This document shows, in pieces, positions 57,322 through 64,000 of a stretch of DNA of 64,000 nt. Under the pieces are notes generated by a model. That model did no database searches, was not told the DNA's origin, and saw only the letters and a list, made by a program, of their open reading frames with translations. The translations under genes were made by a program, and so were the position numbers. Origin of the DNA: Poseidonia sp. GTDB taxonomy: Archaea; Thermoplasmatota; Poseidoniia; Poseidoniales; Poseidoniaceae. Location of the stretch: the NCBI GenBank assembly GCA_965661285.1, contig CBFIDD010000001.1, positions 530,776 to 594,775 of the forward strand, read 5' to 3'. How positions within the stretch are numbered: position 1 is the stretch's first letter; the number at the start of each line of letters is the position of its first letter.

Positions 57322-58155
57322 TCAAACGTTCCATCCGCGCTGACGAAGGTCGTCCACGAAGCGTTCTTTGTTATTCGGTTGAACCTCGATTTGAAGATAG
57401 AGTGCGACGTCGTCGTAGCCTCCAAGAATGACATTGGGCAGGTCGAGATATTCAAGCTTCCAGCCCAACATATGGTCAGCGATGTAGGACAACCAAATAT
57501 CTTCGATAAACAGCGCATCAGGTGGATGGTCAAAGAGCACATCGTTGGAAAAGAGGCTGAGGTCCACCATACTCACGCCCGTTCCGCAATAGTCTACCCG
57601 TTCACCACGGTTCAGGACCCGTGTACGATCTTCGGGGAGTTTGTACGGTTTCCCGTTGAGGCGCCAGGCCCACCAAGATTTGTAGGTGTTCGGTTCGTAT
57701 TGTCTCAAGGCCGTTTCAACGTGCTGAGCAGAAAAATGAACATCGTCATCAAGGAACAAAATGACATCGTACCCCTCTTCGTGAAGGCGACGACTGAGGT
57801 CAAAGCGGCGGAATCCCATTCGGTCATTGGACGTGTGAAGGACGCGTATATCCATGGCCTCTTGGTACGGTTTGACCGTAGAATCGATGAAGGAAGACAT
57901 TTCTGGATTTGAATTTGAAATAAAGAGGGTGAAATCAGAGCAGGTTTGCACCGAAAGGGCAGCCATTGAAGTTTCAAACATGGCTTGGCGTTTCCAAGTC
58001 AACAGGAGCACGGCGACCTTGAGACCACCCTCCGGACGGTAACGGGGAAGAGTATGTGCGCGCTTGTTGATGCCACGTAGATGTTTGAACTCACGATTCC
58101 GGCGGTAGGTTCCGATGAGGTTTTTGACAAACTGAAGGGGATGGCGCTTCTTGAT
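57322..58155 (-). CDS. GT-A fold glycosyltransferase (GT2-like); probable ATC start
   Basis: KVAVLLLTWKR, FLDDD (DxD), CGTG, EDIWLS. Frame stays open upstream of the tracked GTG to a stop at 58168-58170. Confidence 0.8.
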   Translation of the reverse strand: MKKRHPLQFVKNLIGTYRRNREFKHLRGINKRAHTLPRYRPEGGLKVAVLLLTWKRQAMFETSMAALSVQTCSDFTLFISNSNPEMSSFIDSTVKPYQEAMDIRVLHTSNDRMGFRRFDLSRRLHEEGYDVILFLDDDVHFSAQHVETALRQYEPNTYKSWWAWRLNGKPYKLPEDRTRVLNRGERVDYCGTGVSMVDLSLFSNDVLFDHPPDALFIEDIWLSYIADHMLGWKLEYLDLPNVILGGYDDVALYLQIEVQPNNKERFVDDLRQRGWNV

Positions 58156-58272
58156 GACTCTCCCTCCTCAACGGCTCTACGAAGACCTTTCAGTTCAAAT
58201 CATCATCGTCTCAGCGGGGATGTCCGGATGCACTGGCCCCGTTCCAGGGGGCTTCGGAGGCAAAATGGCCGG

Positions 58273-58602
58273 TTAGGATTGACGTCCGGCGTCAAACATC
58301 TCACGCAGGCTGCCGTCTTGCAGCATCTCGAGCGCGATGTCCGACCCGCCGATGAGCTCGCCGTGGACAAAGACTTGAGGCATGGTGGGGAAATCCGACC
58401 ACGCACAGATGGACGGAATGGCGCGAGCGTCGCTGAGGACGTTCACGGAAGCGAACTCTTCGCCCAGCGATTGGAGCACCTGGGCGGCACGGTTGGAGAA
58501 ACCGCACTGTGGCTGGTTGGGGCTGCCCTTCATGAAAAGGACAAGCGGGTGTTCGTCGACGAGGCTTTGCAGTTCTTCTGGGGTCCAGTTCATGGGGTTC
58601 AC
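58273..58602 (-). CDS. grxD: Monothiol glutaredoxin (Grx4)
   Basis: LFMKG.P..PQCGFS, PT.PQVF..GELIGG.DI. Confidence 0.95.
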   Translation of the reverse strand: MNPMNWTPEELQSLVDEHPLVLFMKGSPNQPQCGFSNRAAQVLQSLGEEFASVNVLSDARAIPSICAWSDFPTMPQVFVHGELIGGSDIALEMLQDGSLREMFDAGRQS

Positions 58603-58916
58603 TCCTTGTTTCTCTGTATGCGGCGGATGTGGACGCCTTGCCCGCCGCCGTGCGGGTCAAAGGCCGTGTCGCCGGCCGTTTCGGCCTGAGCGGGGGTCAT
58701 GCACTTGAGGTCAAGTGCGTGAATTGGATGGGGAATGTGCTGCTTCATGACCGCCAAGACTTGCTTCTGGCGCTGAAGCGGACGGACGCCCTCGAAGGTT
58801 TCGGAGATGATGCGGACGTGGAAATGGTCGCCTGAACCGTGAAGGTCGATGACTTCAACCGTGGCTTCAGGCACAGCCTTGAGGACCTCGGCTTCTATCC
58901 ACGCTGCCTCCACCAT
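58599..58916 (-). CDS. bolA: BolA family protein
   Basis: G.GDHF...IIS..FEG...LQRQ, IHAL.LK..TP; adjacent to grxD. Confidence 0.93.
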   Translation of the reverse strand: MVEAAWIEAEVLKAVPEATVEVIDLHGSGDHFHVRIISETFEGVRPLQRQKQVLAVMKQHIPHPIHALDLKCMTPAQAETAGDTAFDPHGGGQGVHIRRIQRNKE

Positions 58917-58978
58917 GCTCACGCCTCAACATAGCGTACCTTCGCACCTTCTTTGAACCTGCGCCCGAACATCCCGGC

Positions 58979-60226
58979 TTACTCGCTTGCAAGTTTTGCA
59001 AGAATCGTCTCCACGCCGGTGGCTTTCTTCACGCGCAACCAGGGTTCAAGCGTGCGGGTTTCCATGTCCTGTTTGAGCCGTTTCGTGCCGCCGCCACTGA
59101 TGTTGAGCAGAATGCAGTCGTCCTTGTCGACCTCACCCGATTCAATCGCCTGCAGAAGACTGGCGGCCGCAACGGCGCTCGAGGTCATCACGTCAATGCC
59201 CTCGATGGATTCGATCGTCTCACGGGCGGCGATGGCATCGGCTCGCTCAACGACGTAGGTTTGACCCTTCGACGCCTTGAGGATGTCGTGAACGGCGCCA
59301 ACCTGGCCGTAGGCCGGGCCTTTGTTCATCAGATAGTCCGAATAGACCTCCACGTCATGTGGAGGGAAATCCTCGTCCACCAAATGGTCTCGCCCGGCTT
59401 GCCATGCACGGTGGATGGGGTGGTGTTCGATGTTCTGAGACAGGTGCTGTCGAGGAGCGGGGCCCTCAAACAATCCCGCCTCGATGAGGCGTTCGGCCAT
59501 TTCATGGATGCCGATGGGGCCCGGGCCGCCACCGATGCCTTGGAAATAGTGGTCGGGTAGGCGACCGATGGTGTAGGCGGCGTCGATGATCAGGCTGCCA
59601 ATGCCGTCGCGACGGGCGACGTTGTGGACGCTTCCTTCCATTTGCCATCCTGGCAGTTGAGCACCGATACCTTTGGCCACCGTCTTGGCGTCGTAGTAGT
59701 CGCCGTCCTCAACGACCACCAAGCGGACGCTCTGTGCGGGGTTTTCCGGGCGCGCCCAGACGCGGTCGCCGTGGTCCTTGCCCACGACCACGATGAGCGG
59801 GGTATCGTCGAGCCCACAGAAATGCGTGAAGCCGCGCGCCGTGTTGCCCGCACTGGCCACGATGAGGCCCTTGACGCCGTGGTCGTGCATGCGCTGGATG
59901 GTGGGAACCGCTTCCATGTCCTTGAAACTCCCCGTGGGGCAAGCGCCGCCTTTTTCCGGCCAGTAACCGTTGAAGGACACCCAGAGATTGGACAGGCCCA
60001 TCGCCTCGCCCAGGGCTTCGGCTCGGTAGGTCACCGTGCCGGCGACGTAGTCGTTGGCTTTGGAGGTCGGGAGCCAAGAAAGGAAGTTCCAAACGCCTAT
60101 GGCCTCGGATTGGAGTACGAAGGGTTCGTTGTACACCGCGCGGAGCAGGGCGTTGTCCGTGTAGTGAAGCGTGTAGTTGTCGTTGAGAAGGTCGCCTGTC
60201 TTCAGGCACTTGAGTTGATATTTCAT
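58979..60226 (-). CDS. Cysteate synthase (PLP-dependent, threonine-synthase family)
   Basis: FNGYWPEKG, TGSFKDMEA, ASAGNTAR, NVARRDG, G.LPDHYFQ, LLNISGGG. Confidence 0.85.
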   Translation of the reverse strand: MKYQLKCLKTGDLLNDNYTLHYTDNALLRAVYNEPFVLQSEAIGVWNFLSWLPTSKANDYVAGTVTYRAEALGEAMGLSNLWVSFNGYWPEKGGACPTGSFKDMEAVPTIQRMHDHGVKGLIVASAGNTARGFTHFCGLDDTPLIVVVGKDHGDRVWARPENPAQSVRLVVVEDGDYYDAKTVAKGIGAQLPGWQMEGSVHNVARRDGIGSLIIDAAYTIGRLPDHYFQGIGGGPGPIGIHEMAERLIEAGLFEGPAPRQHLSQNIEHHPIHRAWQAGRDHLVDEDFPPHDVEVYSDYLMNKGPAYGQVGAVHDILKASKGQTYVVERADAIAARETIESIEGIDVMTSSAVAAASLLQAIESGEVDKDDCILLNISGGGTKRLKQDMETRTLEPWLRVKKATGVETILAKLASE

Positions 60227-60344
60227 TCTTTCACCATGCCAAAGAACTTGGCGATGGCTCTCCGTCCGGGGGCTGTGGTATAACTCTTGGTCAATAGAAC
60301 AGGGAAAGTGGTGCAAACGGTTGAGCGCTTGGGCCTGTCAATCT

Positions 60345-61799
60345 TCAGAATCTGAAATAGATGAAGTCGATGGTTTCTGCCGGCCGAAGATAGAACGCTA
60401 AGCACAACATGGTGCCGCACGCTGCCCCCCATACAACCGGATGTTGTCGAGCAAGCCATGCTTTGCCCCCACCAATTTTTCCGCTCAATCCATGAAGAAG
60501 AATGAAACACGCTGCAAGGGCGAAGGTGAGGAACTTGATCTCAGGGAGAAACTCGTACCCTTCTTTCCAATCAAAGTGCCCGCCCCAGCCCACGAAGGTC
60601 TTCATCGACGGGATGAGCACGGCCGTGTCTTCGACTCTGAAAATCAGCCACGTAAAGAACACGAAGAACTGGGTGACCACCCATGAGATGAGCATCCCGA
60701 CACGCCCCGATGCTCCAAAGAAGCGCTTGATAAAGGAAATGTCCTTGCCGAATCGATGAACGATGAGCAGCAAACCGTGAACAAAACCCCAGAGGACGAA
60801 ATTCCACGAGGCTCCGTGCCACAAACCGCCCAGAAGCATCGTCATCATCAGTGCGAAAATCATGCGATTTCGGCCGTTCCTCGAACCTCCCAACGGAATG
60901 TAGAGATAATCACGCAACCAAGTGGACAGCGAAATGTGCCAGCGCCGCCAGAAATCTTGTGGAGATGTGGCGCCGTAGGGCGTTTTGAAGTTCTCAGGAA
61001 GTTCCACCCCGATGAGGTGGGCTGAGCCGATGGCGATGTCGGTGTAGGCGGAGAAATCACAGTAAATTTGGATCCCGAAGCAAAGGGTGGCCCACCAAAT
61101 CAAGCCGATATTGGCGAGATGTTCGCCCTCAACGAACACCTCGTTGGCATGAACCGCGACATTGTCTGCAATGACCAATTTCTTGGCGATGCCGTAGATG
61201 ATGAGGGTCAAGCCCAATCTGAAACGATAGGCGGAAGGGGCTAACGGCTCCTTGATTTGCGCTCGGAAATGGTCGGCTCGGACGATCGGGCCTGCCACGA
61301 GTTGAGGGAAGAAGGCTGCATAACAGGCAAAATCAAGGAAGGAATCGTAAGGGGACTGTTTCTTTCGATAGATGTCGATGGTGTACGACATCGTTTGGAA
61401 GGTGTAGAAGGAAATCCCCACCGGCAGGGCCAGTCCCAATGTTCCAACATCCAAGCCATCCGTGAAACGCAAGGAGACGAGGTTCCAACTTTCAATGAGG
61501 AAATCGAGGTACTTGAACACCCCAAGCAAGGACAGGTTGGTCACCAAACTGATGCGAAGCCATCGTTTCCGGTGAGCAGCGTCCTCGGACTCGTGCATTT
61601 TCCGTCCTGCCGTCCAGTCAATGCACGTTGAGATCAACAGCAAAATCAGGTGCCAGCCCGAAGCCAGCCAAAAGAACACATAGCTCATGACCAGAAGGAT
61701 GAGCACCTGTCGGCGACGATGCCTGGAAGCGATGCCGAACGTGATAAGAAACACCAGCGGAAGGAAAGAGAGATAATACGACGGCGTTACAAAATCCAA
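60345..61799 (-). CDS. MBOAT family O-acyltransferase (AlgI/DltB-like)
   Basis: LPVGISFYTFQTMSY, FFPQLVAGPI, QIYCDFSAY, FWRRWHISLSTWLRDYLYIPLGG, GLWHGA.WNFVLWG, FIYFRF. Confidence 0.95.
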   Translation of the reverse strand: MDFVTPSYYLSFLPLVFLITFGIASRHRRRQVLILLVMSYVFFWLASGWHLILLLISTCIDWTAGRKMHESEDAAHRKRWLRISLVTNLSLLGVFKYLDFLIESWNLVSLRFTDGLDVGTLGLALPVGISFYTFQTMSYTIDIYRKKQSPYDSFLDFACYAAFFPQLVAGPIVRADHFRAQIKEPLAPSAYRFRLGLTLIIYGIAKKLVIADNVAVHANEVFVEGEHLANIGLIWWATLCFGIQIYCDFSAYTDIAIGSAHLIGVELPENFKTPYGATSPQDFWRRWHISLSTWLRDYLYIPLGGSRNGRNRMIFALMMTMLLGGLWHGASWNFVLWGFVHGLLLIVHRFGKDISFIKRFFGASGRVGMLISWVVTQFFVFFTWLIFRVEDTAVLIPSMKTFVGWGGHFDWKEGYEFLPEIKFLTFALAACFILLHGLSGKIGGGKAWLARQHPVVWGAACGTMLCLAFYLRPAETIDFIYFRF

Positions 61800-61803
61800 G
61801 CCA

Positions 61804-62919
61804 TCACCTCAGTTGTTCGTTCAGTACGTTTGCTATTCGCTCGCAGGCATAGATTCGACCCGTATCTCCGAGGTGATTTCGGTCACGAAACATCCCCTGC
61901 TCCCATGATTCCCAAAACCAGTTAACGGGTGTTGCACCGTACATTTCGTTGAGGTGGGCCAATGTTGTGTTGTGTCCGTCGATTTGCCCAGGTGAAAGGT
62001 AGTTGTACACGAGTGGATGATGAGGAGTTGCGAGCATGAAGACTTGGATGCCTGCTTCGGTCAGCGCATGAACGGTGTATTCCAACGCTGCGTGGTTGAG
62101 TGTTCCGTTATGATGAGGGTTATACACCCCGTATTTCACGCGCTTCGGCATGTTCTCAGAGAACCATGCATCCACCTCGGTTTGATTTTTCAACTCGAAC
62201 AGCGGGGGCAAATAGCCGGGGGTTTGCAGGTAATCCAACCAACCTTCGTCACCAACTCCGGGCATGTCTCTGTCAATGTATGTCACGCCCAATTCATCGT
62301 GGAATTCTGCGGCCAAGGCATTGTCGAGTGCGACCTGGGAATACGAAGCAGTGAGCTGAATTCGTTCTTCCAAACTCGAAGCGATGTAAGGCTTGTCTCT
62401 GTCGCGTATCAAATGACTCCAACCTTCTTCATTCCCCAACCCAAGCGTCAGACTCAAGATGGTAAATCGAAATTCTATGTATTCATCAAGGCTGTCGGAT
62501 TCGTAAAAATCCCAGAGTGAATTTGGACCAACATCAACAATCACAGCCTTTGGTTTTGCTTTGATCAGTGATGGAACCTGAATCATTTCTGTGTACGGGT
62601 TCGCACCGCCGATGGCCAAATTGTACACCTTGGTTTTGTCATCGTCAAGGTGTTCACCGATGCATGTGCCGTGCGTGGCGTATTGGAGGATGGAGGATCC
62701 AATCACAACAACAGCGTCACTTTCCTCACCTGCAATGGATTCCAAGGCTGGGTGAGTCACTGCATAACGGCCACTGCGTATGAAATTCCCTTCAATAAGG
62801 CCGTCGTTGACCACGGTTGGCACCACTGAGCCTGAAAGGAACAGAAACACGACGAGTAGGGACCCCATACTCACCGCAAACTGTCCGGTGGACAACATAG
62901 GAGACTCCATTCTCTGCAT
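61804..62919 (-). CDS. Membrane-anchored SGNH-like protein (AlgJ/DltD-like MBOAT partner)
   Basis: N-terminal TM, VVIGSS, YNLAIGG, C-terminal FRDRNHL (DxxH). Confidence 0.75.
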   Translation of the reverse strand: MQRMESPMLSTGQFAVSMGSLLVVFLFLSGSVVPTVVNDGLIEGNFIRSGRYAVTHPALESIAGEESDAVVVIGSSILQYATHGTCIGEHLDDDKTKVYNLAIGGANPYTEMIQVPSLIKAKPKAVIVDVGPNSLWDFYESDSLDEYIEFRFTILSLTLGLGNEEGWSHLIRDRDKPYIASSLEERIQLTASYSQVALDNALAAEFHDELGVTYIDRDMPGVGDEGWLDYLQTPGYLPPLFELKNQTEVDAWFSENMPKRVKYGVYNPHHNGTLNHAALEYTVHALTEAGIQVFMLATPHHPLVYNYLSPGQIDGHNTTLAHLNEMYGATPVNWFWESWEQGMFRDRNHLGDTGRIYACERIANVLNEQLR

Positions 62920-63003
62920 CTACCGTGGTTTCCGGTGGCCCGTCGGTGTTTAACGTTCCTCACCGATTGAGGCTGAAGGACGGAAAAACGAGACCGAGAG
63001 CAA

Positions 63004-64000
63004 TCACGAGAAGAGGGGGCGGCCGACGGCAAAACACTGCCACCCTATTCTCTCAAGCGCTTCCAAGTCAAGGACGCGGCGGCCGTCATAGATGCGTGGT
63101 GTCTCCATTTGCTGGGCGAGCGCCTCCCAGTCCAACTCAACGCAGGCCTTGTGCGCCGTGACGAGAACGGTGAGATGATGGCCCTGGGCCTGAGATAAAT
63201 CGGTGATGGCGTCCACCGATTCGGGGAAGGTTTCGGGGTCGATGTGCGGGTCGTAAACGCTGACGTCAATACCGCGTTGCTGAAGCGCTTCTGCCAGCGG
63301 TTCCGCAGGCGTTTCACGAGGGTCGCCCACTTCGGCTTTGTAGGACCATCCGAGGAAGAGCACCTTGGTGGACTCGGCCGACAATCCGGCCTTCCACAAA
63401 ATGTCCACGAGCACTTGTGCGACGTGGTTGGGCATGGAACGGTTGACGGCTCGAGCGGCGGTGATGAGGCCGGCAGGTACGCCGACATCGGCCGCTCGCT
63501 GAATCATGTAGTACGGGTCCACGGGAATGCAGTGGCCGCCCACACCAACACCGGGCGTGTAGCGATGGAAGTTCCACTTTGTCGCCGCTGCCGATAGCAC
63601 GTCCTCCACGTCCACGTCCATGGCGGGGAAGATACGAGCAAGTTCGTTGACCAGCGCGATGTTGATGTCACGCTGGACGTTTTCGATGACCTTGGCGGCC
63701 TCAGCGACTTCGAGCTTGCCGACGTAGCGCACGTCTTCGCTCGTCAGCATGCTGTAGAGTTCCACCAATGCGTGACCGACGTCTTCGTTTGAACAGCCGA
63801 TGACGCGAGCCACGGAACGAACACCGTGGGCAGCATCGCCGGGGTTGAACCGCTCAGGGCAGTAAGCAATGGACACGTCCTCGCCGATAACCAAGCCGAG
63901 TTCCTCAACAATGGGCAGCCATGTTTGAGCCGTCACGCCGGGATAGACGGTGGATTCGAGCACCACGATGGTGTTCGAGCCCTTTGGAATCGCCTCGAAC
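63004..64000 (-). CDS. Nucleotide-sugar dehydrogenase (WecC/TviB-like), 5' end outside window
   Basis: ESTVYPG.T, PER.NPG, AEAAK..EN..RD.NIAL.NE, PGVGVGGHCIPVDPYY, D.RETP. Confidence 0.93.
   Translation of the reverse strand, partial: FEAIPKGSNTIVVLESTVYPGVTAQTWLPIVEELGLVIGEDVSIAYCPERFNPGDAAHGVRSVARVIGCSNEDVGHALVELYSMLTSEDVRYVGKLEVAEAAKVIENVQRDINIALVNELARIFPAMDVDVEDVLSAAATKWNFHRYTPGVGVGGHCIPVDPYYMIQRAADVGVPAGLITAARAVNRSMPNHVAQVLVDILWKAGLSAESTKVLFLGWSYKAEVGDPRETPAEPLAEALQQRGIDVSVYDPHIDPETFPESVDAITDLSQAQGHHLTVLVTAHKACVELDWEALAQQMETPRIYDGRRVLDLEALERIGWQCFAVGRPLFS

Noticed and set aside
58273-58916. bolA-grxD pair as a novel system
   Set aside because: A well-known conserved Fe-S trafficking gene pair.
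58979-60226. Threonine synthase, or evidence of methanogenesis
   Set aside because: Motifs (GYWPEKG, SFKDMEA, NVARRDG) fit cysteate synthase better. An oxygen reductase operon and the absence of methanogenesis genes in the window argue against a methanogen.

Overview
Core-genome stretch of a heterotrophic marine euryarchaeon. Gene content points to Marine Group II (Ca. Poseidoniales), though that assignment is an inference. The evidence is PolD DP2, PriL, the archaeal S13-S4-S11-RpoD cluster, MC1, Sec61beta, pantoate kinase, MptE, thrombospondin-3-repeat surface proteins, a bacterial-type LeuRS and RibD, and an acyltransferase. The window holds about 58 densely packed CDS and one tRNA-Ser(TGA), with no rRNA, CRISPR array or recognisable mobile element. 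The most unusual features are: (1) an A1-type heme-copper oxidase operon in which four of the five genes carry extra domains, including subunit I fused to a secreted CxCH/Reeler-like domain and a Sco protein split by two DUF4430 (transcobalamin-C-like) repeats plus an EGF-like module; (2) a cysteate synthase directly downstream of an MBOAT/SGNH-like pair in a glycan-biosynthesis neighbourhood of a non-methanogen; (3) two glycosyltransferases that appear to start at AUC behind an identical GGAGG-7nt layout; (4) a cluster of MC1, XerA, a small basic CCCH protein and an HhH/histone-H1-like protein. All calls come from motif recognition by eye; no database searches were run.
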